This document shows, piece by piece, positions 28,632-37,520 of a DNA stretch of 64,000 nucleotides. Each line of letters opens with the position of its first letter. Positions within the stretch are counted from its first letter, which is position 1. Source of the DNA: Dehalococcoidia bacterium (GTDB lineage Bacteria; Chloroflexota; Dehalococcoidia; Lucifugimonadales; CAZENU01); contig CBDCTC010000005.1 of assembly GCA_965222125.1 (NCBI GenBank), positions 403,699 through 467,698 on the forward strand, in the 5' to 3' direction. A program made the position numbers and the translations under genes. The notes beneath the pieces were generated by a model. That model ran no database searches. It was not told the origin of the DNA and worked only from the letters and a program-made list of their open reading frames with translations.

Positions 28632-29831
28632 TCATTCGGGGCCCAGCGGTGAGCGCGAGGGCGGGTCGTTCATGTAGGGGCTGGCCCTCGGGTCGTCCGG
28701 GTCGAGCGCGTACTCCTCAATCACGTCGTGCACCAGCTCGATGCCCAGGCCGGGCCGGTCGGATGGCCACAACGCGCCGTCGTGGTGCTCGAACATCGGC
28801 GTGACGTAGGCGCTGAAGTCGTCGAACCGGGTGTGTATGCACTCTTGGCGGTACAGGTTGGGGGTGGCCATGCAGACGTGGAAGGCCGCCATGAGAGCGA
28901 CGGGGCCGATGGCGTCGTGGGGCGAGAAGGGCACGTAGTACGTCTCGGCCATGGCCGCGATGCGCCGCAGCTCGCTGATGCCGCCGGTCCACGCGACGTC
29001 GGGCATTACGTAGTCGGCGAGCCGGCCCTCAAATACGGGCGCGAAGTCGTAGCGGGAGAAGAGCGTTTCGCCCACCGACACCGGCACGTTCGCCTCCTGC
29101 CTGAACTGCGCGAGGGCGGCGTAGCTCTCGGGCGGCACCGGCTCCTCGAACCAGAATAGGCCGTACGGCTCCAGCGCCCGGGCGGCCCTGACGGCGCTGC
29201 CCACGTCGAACCTAGCGTGGGCGTCGACCATCAGCTCGTAGTCTGGGCCGACGGCGTCGCGGATGGCCTCGATCCACTCGACGGCGCGGGCGATCATTCC
29301 GGGCGTCAGCCATTCGAGCAGCGACGCGCCCTGGAACGGGCCGGCGCGGTTGCGCGCCCCGGCGAAGGGGTCGGTCTTGAGGGCTTCGTAGCCGTCGGCC
29401 CTGGCGCGCAGGGCCTGTCCGTGCACCTCGTCCAGCGATATGCCGGACGTGGCGTCCTGCACGTGGGTGTACAGGGGCACGCACTCCCTGACCGGCCCGC
29501 CGAGGAGCTGGTACACGGGTACGCCGAGCACCTTGCCCTTGATGTCCCAGAGGGCGATGTCGACCGCGCTGAGGAGGCAGGTCACGACGCCCCGTGGGCC
29601 GATTCGCAGGAAGCGGCGGAAGATGCGCTGCCATATCTCCTCGATGTTCGCCGGGTCGAGACCCACGACGAGCGGGCGAATGGCGTCGACGCCCCGGAAG
29701 AGCAGTTGGTTGGCCTGCGGGAGCGAGGCCTCGCCGACGCCGGTGACTCCCTCGTCGGTGAGCACCTCTACGAAGAGGAACGGAGCGCCGTGCGGGGCCG
29801 TGAGGTACGCCTTGACGTCGGTGATCTTCAC
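28632..29831 (-). CDS. Enolase-superfamily enzyme (mandelate racemase / galactonate dehydratase-like)
   Basis: GTG start (VKITDVKAYL...). SAVDIALWDIKGKVLGVPVYQLLGG and VDAHARFD...FEEP motifs. The 183-codon upstream extension of ORF 28632..30380 is Pro/Arg-rich non-coding-like sequence. Confidence 0.8.
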   Translation of the reverse strand: MKITDVKAYLTAPHGAPFLFVEVLTDEGVTGVGEASLPQANQLLFRGVDAIRPLVVGLDPANIEEIWQRIFRRFLRIGPRGVVTCLLSAVDIALWDIKGKVLGVPVYQLLGGPVRECVPLYTHVQDATSGISLDEVHGQALRARADGYEALKTDPFAGARNRAGPFQGASLLEWLTPGMIARAVEWIEAIRDAVGPDYELMVDAHARFDVGSAVRAARALEPYGLFWFEEPVPPESYAALAQFRQEANVPVSVGETLFSRYDFAPVFEGRLADYVMPDVAWTGGISELRRIAAMAETYYVPFSPHDAIGPVALMAAFHVCMATPNLYRQECIHTRFDDFSAYVTPMFEHHDGALWPSDRPGLGIELVHDVIEEYALDPDDPRASPYMNDPPSRSPLGPE

Positions 29832-29931
29832 ACTAGTGCCTCGCGGGGTGTTGGCCTGATTGTAGCCGCCCGGCGGCGTAAGCGGGAGTCCCGGCTCCGA
29901 AGATGGGGTAGGGGGCGTTGCGTCGGGCCTA

Positions 29932-30041
29932 CTCGGGGTGAACGGGTTGTGTGCGTGCCAGAGTTGGGGAGGGGTGCCGTCGTCGGCCGGCCGGGCTGCC
30001 GGGGCGTTGGCCCGCTCGGGGTGAACGGGTCGTGTGCGTGC
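29932..30041. repeat. Two 27-nt direct repeats (ctcggggtgaacgggtYgtgtgcgtgc) 83 nt apart in an intergenic region
   Basis: 29932-29958 versus 30015-30041, with 1 mismatch. Each is preceded by a related ggggcgttg segment. Upstream of the enolase-family gene start (29831, minus strand). Confidence 0.75.
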
Positions 30042-30072
30042 AGGGCTGACGATGGGCCGTGGTCGGAGGCGG

Positions 30073-31152
30073 TCAGCCGGTCGCGAGGTAGCGCCAGAGG
30101 TCGTCGAAGGGCGCTCCGGTGATCGGTTCGGAGCGGAGGATGGAGCGGATGTCGCGGCCGTTGGCGGCGTCGGACATGTACTCGGGCGCGTAGTCGAGCG
30201 CCCGGGCCAGCTCCTCGCGGGAGATTCCAACCGCCGCCGGGCGCCGCCATACCTGGCAGACGTCCAGCGCGTCGGCGAGAACGTCGGGGTCCTCGTCGCA
30301 GTGCCAGGCGATGATGAGCGCGCAGAACGCGACGAGCTCCCCATGTACCCAGCCCTTCTGGTTGATCTCCTCGGCGGCAAGCCAGAGAGTGTGGTCCGCC
30401 GCCGTCGCCGCGGGATGCGTCAGCATCTTGTCGTCGCGCTCCTGAATGGCCGTGACGATGAATCGGATGCTTTCGGGCGTCAATTCGCCGCCGGGGCCCA
30501 GCGTCTTGGGGAAGCGGGTGCGTATATGGTCGAAGTGTCCGATGGCGACGGCGGCTGCGTCCTCGTCGAACGGCGGGCCGACGCCCAGCCTGGAGTTTCT
30601 GCGCCACTCGGCGATAGGTGCGTAGCCGCAGAGCACGTCGCCGAGCCCGGCCGAGTTCAGGCGAGGCGGCGCCTCCAGCACGACGTCGTAGTCGACGACG
30701 GCGCGGTCGTAGTTGAACCACGGCCACTCGGCGCTTGGGCCGATGGTCGTGTGGCCCTCCCACTTGGCGAAGCCGCTGTGGATGATCGCGCCCGTCGATA
30801 CGATGGTCGGCACCAGCACCAGCGGCAGACCGCGCTTCAGGGCGACGTACTTGGACGCGTCGAGGGCTATGCCGCCGCCGACCCCGACGACCAGATCGGA
30901 GGAGTCCGGCGCGGCGTCCGAGAGGCTCTGCAGGTGCGTCCAGTCGAGCAGCCGCGCTCTCTCGACCGCTTCCGGCTCCCGCGCCAGGTACTCCTCGGCC
31001 ACCGCGTACGCGGACGGCGTGGTGACGACGAAGTAGGGGGGCCAGCCGGCGCTCTCGCGTCTCAGCAGGCCGTGGCCGAAGCGCAGGTCCTGCTCGGCGG
31101 CGGTCCGTGCGCCGCTCGTTGCTCCCGACCAGCTTCCCCGTGGAGTTTCCAT
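30073..31152 (-). CDS. Iron-containing alcohol dehydrogenase / glycerol-phosphate dehydrogenase-like (DHQS-like superfamily)
   Basis: VVGVGGGIALDASKYVALKRGLPLVLVPTIVSTGA is the typical Fe-ADH nucleotide-binding segment. Confidence 0.65.
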   Translation of the reverse strand: METPRGSWSGATSGARTAAEQDLRFGHGLLRRESAGWPPYFVVTTPSAYAVAEEYLAREPEAVERARLLDWTHLQSLSDAAPDSSDLVVGVGGGIALDASKYVALKRGLPLVLVPTIVSTGAIIHSGFAKWEGHTTIGPSAEWPWFNYDRAVVDYDVVLEAPPRLNSAGLGDVLCGYAPIAEWRRNSRLGVGPPFDEDAAAVAIGHFDHIRTRFPKTLGPGGELTPESIRFIVTAIQERDDKMLTHPAATAADHTLWLAAEEINQKGWVHGELVAFCALIIAWHCDEDPDVLADALDVCQVWRRPAAVGISREELARALDYAPEYMSDAANGRDIRSILRSEPITGAPFDDLWRYLATG

Positions 31153-31179
31153 GACGTGATCGTCCTCCGTCGTAGGCGA

Positions 31180-31749
31180 CTATCCCTTCGACTCGATGCG
31201 CTCCAGGATGTCCCGAATCTCGATCAGGATGTCGGCGACCTCGCCGCCGTCGGGCGCGGCGGAGTCCGAGCCCTGTTCTTCGTCCAGCACCTTCTGCCGC
31301 TGGCGCAGGACGGCGTCGCGGAACTCGGCGGCGTCGAACACGCCCAGCAGGCTCCCCTCGCTTCCGGTGGCGCCGGACTGTCCCGCCGTCTCCACCTTCA
31401 CGCCGCGCAGCTTGTAGCGGCGCATGAGCGGCCCGTCGTGCATGCGCAGGTCGGTGATGCGGTTCAGCGGGATGGTCGACTCGCTGCGGAAGAACACTCC
31501 CTTGCGAATCTCCAATGCGCGCGTCGTCAGCCGCGCCGACATGCGCCGCAGGGACTCCGGGCCGTACCACAGGCTGAACAGCAGCCAGAACGGGATGAGA
31601 AGAATGCCCACCACCATGATAACCAGGTATCCTGACCCCGTCCAACGTAAGTACGGGACGATTCCGCGGTCGAATCGGGCCTCCAATACCGTGTCGCCGA
31701 TCACGCTCGATTCGGTGCTCACTCGATGTCCTCCCGTTGCTCCGGACAC
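31180..31749 (-). CDS. Bacterial PH-domain (YdbS/bPH_2-like) membrane protein
   Basis: Two TM helices (YLVIMVVGILLIPFWLLFSLWY), then ...LTTRALEIRKGVFFRSESTIPLNRITDLRMHDGPLMRRYKLRGVKVETAG. Confidence 0.7.
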   Translation of the reverse strand: MSGATGGHRVSTESSVIGDTVLEARFDRGIVPYLRWTGSGYLVIMVVGILLIPFWLLFSLWYGPESLRRMSARLTTRALEIRKGVFFRSESTIPLNRITDLRMHDGPLMRRYKLRGVKVETAGQSGATGSEGSLLGVFDAAEFRDAVLRQRQKVLDEEQGSDSAAPDGGEVADILIEIRDILERIESKG

Positions 31750-31752
31750 TCC

Positions 31753-33192
31753 CTATGGGTCGTCGCCCAGAGGCGGCGCGGTTACTTCATCCATCTCGTT
31801 ATAGTTAGCGGTGGGCGCTGCTGCGGCCGCGCTCGCGATTCCCGCGACCAGGAGCCAGATGGCGGAAGGAGCATACCCCCTTGTGGAGGGCAGCCTGGGC
31901 GGGGCAACGGGCGTTATGGGAGCGACAGCCGCGCTGCCGCCCGGCTCGTGCAGAGTCAGCTCGGCCGTGGTCTCCTCGGTCCAGCCGTGGACTTCAGGGT
32001 CGAGGTCTGCGCCGCCGGATATGCCCGCGTGCATCCCCCTAATCCCCTCGCCCACACCCTCGGATAGCGCCGCCTCTCCGCCGCCCAGACAGGGCACCGT
32101 GGACGCCGTCTCGTCCTTGTTCTCGGCCCCCGAGTCGAAGACTAAGGCCACCGCAAAGCCGCCCTCCTCAAACGGCGCGGTCGCCAGGATGTTCGCGTCG
32201 TTCGCGCACGCGAACATGCCCACGACCGACACCGAAGCTCCCTCGATTCCAGCTATGTCAGCCGTGAACGAGCCTCCCGGCACGATCGGCCCGCCGCTGT
32301 CCAGTCCGTACACGGACACGACGCCAGGCCTGGCCCGAAGGGTAGCTATGAGGTCGTCCTGGACACCGCCCTCGGACAGGTCGTCTATGCCGTCCAGCTC
32401 AGACGGCTCCATGTAGCTGATTACGTTTACGTTAGGATCGTGCACGACCGCGACCGGCGGCGTTATCGTCAGGTTCTTCAGGCTCAGCCCAAGCTCCAGC
32501 TCAGCCGGAGCCGTGCCGTCCACGCTGGTCAGGAAGAGCTGCATCGCCGGGCCGTCCCAGCCGTGCTGCTCGGCGCTGAGATCGGCGTCACCGCGTATCC
32601 CAGGATGGTGCACGTCGAGCCTTCGCCGTCGGGGGCATCCCCGTTGGATACACCCTCTCGCCCTGGCAGGGAATGGTCGCTGCGGTCTCCGAGTTCTCCT
32701 CCGTCCCCGCGTCGTAGACCCGCCCCGAGGACATGGCGGGCAGCGACCCGGACTCGGGTACGATCAGAGTCCCGATGGTTATGGCGTCGTTTGTGCACGC
32801 CAGCATGGCGATGACGCTGACGTGGTCTCCAGGCGAGGCGGAGGTGGTTACGGTCGCCTCCTGGCCCGGTGGCAGGGGCGGCGGGTCCATGCTGATGGTG
32901 TCCTTCACACCCGCCACGCCTCTGAGCGAGGCCGCAAGCTCCGCTCCGTTGCCCGACTCGGCGAGAGTCTCAAGCCCGGCCAGGTCGTCCGCGCTTTCGG
33001 GCAGCAGTACCCCGTCGCGTCGTGAACGACGACCACGGGCGGGGTCAGAGGTTGGCCCGCAGTCACGTTACGGACGGTGAGCAGGACGTTTCCGGCCTCT
33101 TGGGCTTCGGCCCGATGGTCCGTGGTGAGATTGGTGGCCAAAATGGCGGCCGCCGCCGCCGCAATCAATGCGACTAGTACATTCCTTGACAT
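31753..33192 (-). pseudogene. Secreted tandem spondin_N-like domain protein, at least 3 frame disruptions
   Basis: Signal peptide MSRNVLVALIAAAAAAILA. Two homologous modules (VVVVHDATG...MLACTNDAITIG...YDAGTEENSETAATIPC and VAVVHDPN...MFACANDANIL...FDSGAENKDETASTVPC). Frames change at C4 33010-33013, about 32651-32663 and about 32608-32622. C-terminal hydrophobic anchor. Confidence 0.6.
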
Positions 33193-33562
33193 GACAACAT
33201 CTCTTGATCGAATGTCGACCGGGATTTCCCATATTGGCAGTCTTCAGGCTCAAAGGGCAATCGGAACGAGATGATAGCATTATGTCCAGGTCCTGCGAAG
33301 CATCTCAATCGCCGGTCGATCCAATATAGGGATGCGGTTGCAGTCGTAGACAACCCTTCTTGTCCGTCCTCATCGTCTTTGTGTTCCCTGCCAGTCGGGT
33401 GAACCCGCATTGGAGGGAACAACTTTCCCTGATGCCACTCCACGTTGGCCACCACACGCCGGGCGCAGTCCCGACTCCCGGCACGATACCATGCGGCTAC
33501 ATCTGGTGCAGATGTTATTGATTACGGCACACCTTGCAGGGTTGATATAGGAAATGGAGGCC

Positions 33563-34267
33563 CTATATGGCAACACGGAAGCCGACGATGGGGTGACGGA
33601 GGTCGCGCGGGTCCTCGTGCCGGTACGCCACGTAGAGGCTCATCGGGTCACTGTTGACGTACGAGCTGCCGCGCAGCACCGGGTTGTCGGCCGGGTTGCG
33701 CCCGTTGGAGGGCTGCTCCCGCTCGCTCACGTCCAGGTACAGGTCCTCGCACCACTCCCAGACGCCGCCGACCATGTCGTGGACACCGTAGCCGTTCGGC
33801 GGGTACTTGTCGACGGGTTCCGGCGCCGGTTGGCCTCCGTAGCTCGCGCGCGACGGGTCCAGGTCGTCGCCCCACGGGTACTTGGCGCCCTCGTTGCCGC
33901 CCCGCGCGGCGTACTCGTACTGCGCGTCCGTGGGCAGGTGGTACGCCTTGCCGGTCTCGGCCCGCAGCCAGTCGCAGTACGCGGCGCCGTCCAGCCACGA
34001 GATGCCGACCACCGGCTGTTTGTCGGCGTTGAAGGCCGGATCGTCGAAGCGCATCGGGACGTCGGCGCCGGCCTTCTCGACGTAGTCGCGGTATTCGCGG
34101 TTCGTGACCGCATACTTGCTGATGCTGAAGGCGGCCATCTCCACGGTCTTGCCGGTGTGCCAGGGGCGCAGGTCCTCGAAGAACTCGCCCGCAAATGCGG
34201 GTACTCCGATCGCCAGGACGCCGGCGGGTATTCGTACCATCTCGGGCTCGATTGCGGTCATGCTCAA
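33563..34267 (-). CDS. Formylglycine-generating enzyme (FGE-sulfatase/SUMF1) family protein
   Basis: FSISKYAVTNREYRDYV, PVVGISWLDGAAYCDWL, YHLPTDAQYEYAARGG, GYGVHDMVGGVWEWCED, RGSSY, GFRV motifs. Confidence 0.88.
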   Translation of the reverse strand: MSMTAIEPEMVRIPAGVLAIGVPAFAGEFFEDLRPWHTGKTVEMAAFSISKYAVTNREYRDYVEKAGADVPMRFDDPAFNADKQPVVGISWLDGAAYCDWLRAETGKAYHLPTDAQYEYAARGGNEGAKYPWGDDLDPSRASYGGQPAPEPVDKYPPNGYGVHDMVGGVWEWCEDLYLDVSEREQPSNGRNPADNPVLRGSSYVNSDPMSLYVAYRHEDPRDLRHPIVGFRVAI

Positions 34268-34298
34268 CTCCCTTTCGATCTACTTGCGTATTCTCCGG

Positions 34299-35182
34299 TC
34301 AGCCGCCCTTTGCGCCGGCGACGTCCCTGCGTTGGAAGGGCCAGTAGGCGGCGCCGGCCAAGACGATAGTGTACGCCAGGATCACCAGGAATGCCTGCAA
34401 GGGGTCCGCCTGGCGACCCGCTCGTAGTTTCCGGTAATGGGAACGACGATCAGCTCCACCATGTAGTATCCCAGGGAGGCGGCCAAGCCCGTGCCCGTAG
34501 ACTGGGTCAGCACGGCCAGGAAGACGCCCAGCGCGATGTACGGGGCGAGCCCGTAAACCGCCTTGCCGAACATGATTGCCGCGTCTACCCACTTGCCCGA
34601 GTCGGCAATCCCGCCGTCCTCGCCGGGCGGGACGATGGCCGCGATCACGCTCGCGGCGACCGCCGCGGCTGCCACGGCCAGCAGGCCCACGGCCGCGACC
34701 AGCACAAACAGGATCAACCGAGAGGACATAAGCTGCCAGCGGCCCGTGCCCCTGGTCAAAGTCGTCCTCAGCGTGCCCAGACCGTACTCCGACCCTATCG
34801 AAGACACCGCCAGGATCATGATCAGGATTGGGGCGACAAACATGGCGGCCTGGACGGTGCCGGTGATGGCGTCCGGCATCACGAACACGGCGCGAAAGGT
34901 CTCTCTCGCCTCCGTCCCGGCGCAGCTCTCGGCCCGGAACCTCTCCATGTCCGCCAGGAAGTTCTGCCGTTCATCTTCCGGAAGCTGGTCGATATCTGCG
35001 GGCATGCGGCCGTTCACGAGATCAATACACGACACCGACACCTCCACGACTCGCCATCGACCTCCGTGGACTGCCCAACGGAGGAGGAGCCGCCGGAGAA
35101 GACCTGCTGCAGCGTCTCATTGTGGTACGCGCTGTAGCCGAGCCACAGCATCAGCTGGGTCAACAGTACGGCGACGCCTAAA
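34299..35182 (-). pseudogene. ABC-2-type transporter permease, 3' portion (interrupted by IS1380 copy 1, plus internal frameshifts)
   Basis: LGVAVLLTQLMLWLGYSAY... / VEVSVSCIDLVNGRMP...SSIGSEYGLGTLRTTLTRGTGRWQLMSSRLILFVL... / ...DPLQAFLVILAYTIVLAGAAYWPFQRRDV lie in three different frames. The 5' end continues at 36908..36985. Confidence 0.7.
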
Positions 35183-36907
35183 CTCGAATCCACCGAAGGA
35201 GGGCGTCGGGTCAGTGTCCTGAAGCGGCAAGAGGGTGCTCCTGTGAATCTGGGATAATGGTTTTGAAACAGCAAACCGACCCCAGAACAAGGAGCACCCA
35301 ATAGATGCTACCACGCAACCACCCCGACCGCATCCGTGTCTCTTTCGACGACCACCGCCTGGTGGCCAATGCCGGGCTGCTCCTTCCGGCCACCCTCGCC
35401 CAGCACCTGGGCCTGCGGGAACTCGTCGACCATCACCTCAACCTGGGCGTCGCGCCGGGGCGGGCCAACGCGGGGGACAAGATACTGACCCTGGTTGCGT
35501 CTGCGCTGGCTGGCGGCGACTGTATTGACGACGCCGATGTGTTGCGCACCGGGGGGACAGCCCGCACCCTGGGCGGCACGGTCAAGGCGCCCTCCACCCT
35601 GGGCACCTTCCTGCGCAGTTTCCGGTGGGGCCATGTCCGCCAACTGGACCGGGTGAGCCGGGAGCTGCTGGCCCAGGCCTGGGCGGCTGGGGCCGGACCC
35701 AGCGACGCACCGTTCACCATCGACCTTGATTCGACGATCTGCGAGACCTACGGACTGGCCAAGGAGGGCGCCCGCCACCACGGCTATACCGGCAAGCGGG
35801 GCTATCACCCGCTGCTGGCCATTGCCGCCGGAACCGGCGACGTGCTGATGGCCCGGCTGCGCGAGGGCCGCGCCAACACCGCCCGCGGCGCCGCCCACTT
35901 CCTGCGGGAAACGGTGGGGCGGGTGCGCTACGGCGGGGCCAGGGGACAACTCACGGTGCGGGCCGACAGCGGCTTCTACACCCACGCCCTGGTCGTCGTC
36001 TGCCGCAAGCTGGACGTGCGCTTCTCCATCACCATCCGCCAGCACAAAAGCCTGCACAATCTCATCGAGGCGATACCCGAAGATGCCTGGACGCCGGTTC
36101 CCTACTGGATGGACGGCGCCGCCGATGTGGCCGAGATCACCTACACTCCCTTCCAGAGTGAGCCCGACGCCGCGCCGGTACGGCTCATCGTGCGGCGGGT
36201 GAAGCCCACGCCCGGTTCCCAAATGGCCCTCTTCGCCACCTACAGCTATCACGGCTTCATCACCGACCGGGACGGGGAGACCCTGGAACTGGAGGCCGAC
36301 CACCGCCGCCACGCCGAGATCGAGAATGCCATCCGAGACCTGAAGTACGGCGTCGGACTCAACCATCTCCCCTCGGGCCGCTTCGCCGCCAACGCCGCCT
36401 GGCTGGCGGTCCAGGTGATGGCCCACAACCTGGCCCGCTGGACAGCCCGCATCGGTCTGGGCGAGGGGGTGGTGACCACCAGGACCCTCCGGCGGCGCTT
36501 CTTCTCCCTGGCCGGACGGCTCACCCGCTCGGCCCGCCGCCTCACTTTGCATCTGCCACAGGGCTGGCCTTGGGAAACCCAGTTCACTCGCGCCCTGGCT
36601 CGATTGCGAGCCATTCCACTCCCGACCTGACGGCGCCCGTTTGCCACTGACCCGCCATCAGGCCAACCGAAGGTCCCCGCAAACTCGCGCCACCCTGGTC
36701 CGCGAGCGCCTCTTGCCGCGTCCTCTGTCCTCATCTTGTCCCACAGCGCCCATCGCAGACCGCCATTGGCGCCCCCAAAAGCGCCTGCAGACCCCCCGCC
36801 AACCTCCCGTCTACCCGAATTCGAGCCCGGATCATCGCCCCTGTAACTCCCTCACTCCTCTTCCACTGTCCTCACGCCGTCCATCCATGTCCATCGGTGG
36901 ATTCGAG
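35183..36907 (+). mobile_element. IS1380-family insertion sequence, copy 1 (1725 bp), intact
   Basis: Terminal inverted repeats ctcgaatccaccga(a/t)gg. 5-bp direct duplication CTAAA (35178-35182 and 36908-36912). Single 441-aa transposase ORF. Confidence 0.85.
35305..36630 (+). CDS. IS1380-family DDE transposase
   Basis: MLPRNHPDRIRVSFDDHRLVANAGLLLPATLAQHLGL... is the typical IS1380-family N-terminus. 441 aa. Confidence 0.85.
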   Translation: MLPRNHPDRIRVSFDDHRLVANAGLLLPATLAQHLGLRELVDHHLNLGVAPGRANAGDKILTLVASALAGGDCIDDADVLRTGGTARTLGGTVKAPSTLGTFLRSFRWGHVRQLDRVSRELLAQAWAAGAGPSDAPFTIDLDSTICETYGLAKEGARHHGYTGKRGYHPLLAIAAGTGDVLMARLREGRANTARGAAHFLRETVGRVRYGGARGQLTVRADSGFYTHALVVVCRKLDVRFSITIRQHKSLHNLIEAIPEDAWTPVPYWMDGAADVAEITYTPFQSEPDAAPVRLIVRRVKPTPGSQMALFATYSYHGFITDRDGETLELEADHRRHAEIENAIRDLKYGVGLNHLPSGRFAANAAWLAVQVMAHNLARWTARIGLGEGVVTTRTLRRRFFSLAGRLTRSARRLTLHLPQGWPWETQFTRALARLRAIPLPT

Positions 36908-36985
36908 CTAAAGTACCCACGGCATCCAGCGGCGCTGCAGCTTGTACCACTCCCAGACCGCGAGCCGAGCCACGTCGACGATCAT
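36908..36985 (-). pseudogene. 5' fragment of the IS-interrupted ABC-2 permease gene
   Basis: MIVDVARLAVWEWYKLQRRWMPWVL, then the IS junction. The sequence continues (after the IS) as LGVAVLLTQLML... at 35182 downward. Confidence 0.6.
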
Positions 36986-37216
36986 TCGCTCTCTCCTTAC
37001 TTGGTTACCTCGCCCCTGGCGATGGTCGCCCAACCCCTCTTTGTGCCCCTTTGCGCCGGCGACGTTCCAGCACAGGAAGGCCAGAATCAACCGTGAGGAA
37101 TTCATCGACGTTGATCTGTGCTTCGCGTAGGATGGCGCGAAGTGTTCCTTACGGCACATCCCTGGAGTGGCGAGGCACGGTAACTTCTCGGTACTTGAAC
37201 CCCGAGAGTCGCCCCA

Positions 37217-37476
37217 CTACGGCACACTAACGGGGATCAGCAGATCAACTGCGACGGTCCTCTCTGAGAGCGACGTCAATGTGGGAGGGAGAGGGTCGCC
37301 GTGGTCGATGCACGACTCCGCGATCTTGCGGACGAGACCCTGCGGATCTCGACGGTTTCGGTGATGCTGCGTCCTTCCGCTACCAGTCCCGGGACATCGG
37401 GGCTCGTCGCGACGAACCCGTTCTCCTCGAGAGGCTCGACATGCAATCGAATGGAAGCCTCGTTCCTGGGTGTCAC
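37217..37476 (-). pseudogene. HicB-like antitoxin domain protein, frame-disrupted near 37338-37350
   Basis: IRLHVEPLEENGFVATSPDVPGLVAEGRSITETVE (HicB N-terminal pattern), then in another frame QGLVRKIAESCIDHGDPLPPTLTSL...*. No hicA partner seen. Confidence 0.55.
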
Positions 37477-37520
37477 CTCGTCCCGGCGGTAGTTGGCTTC
37501 AAGTGCAAGGAGCTTCGTTT

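Noticed and set aside
29832-30380. 183-codon N-terminal extension of the enolase-family ORF 28632..30380, and the 127-codon extension of ORF 2589..3923
   Set aside because: The extensions are Pro/Arg/Ser-rich low-complexity sequence. They overlap a neighbouring gene or an intergenic repeat region. The conserved domains start at internal GTG 29831 and ATG 3542 respectively.
31900-31960. LPSTRG plus a hydrophobic stretch as a sortase (LPxTG) sorting signal
   Set aside because: The motif has an extra residue, lacks the basic tail and lies in a multiply frameshifted gene. There is not enough to call a sorting signal.
33193-33562. 370-nt AT-richer spacer upstream of the spondin-like gene as a possible riboswitch (cobalamin-like GGGAA/hairpin elements noticed)
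   Set aside because: I could not find a B12 box or any other riboswitch consensus by eye. Only generic hairpins are present (e.g. ggttgcagtcgtagacaacc). Left unannotated pending an Rfam/Infernal scan.
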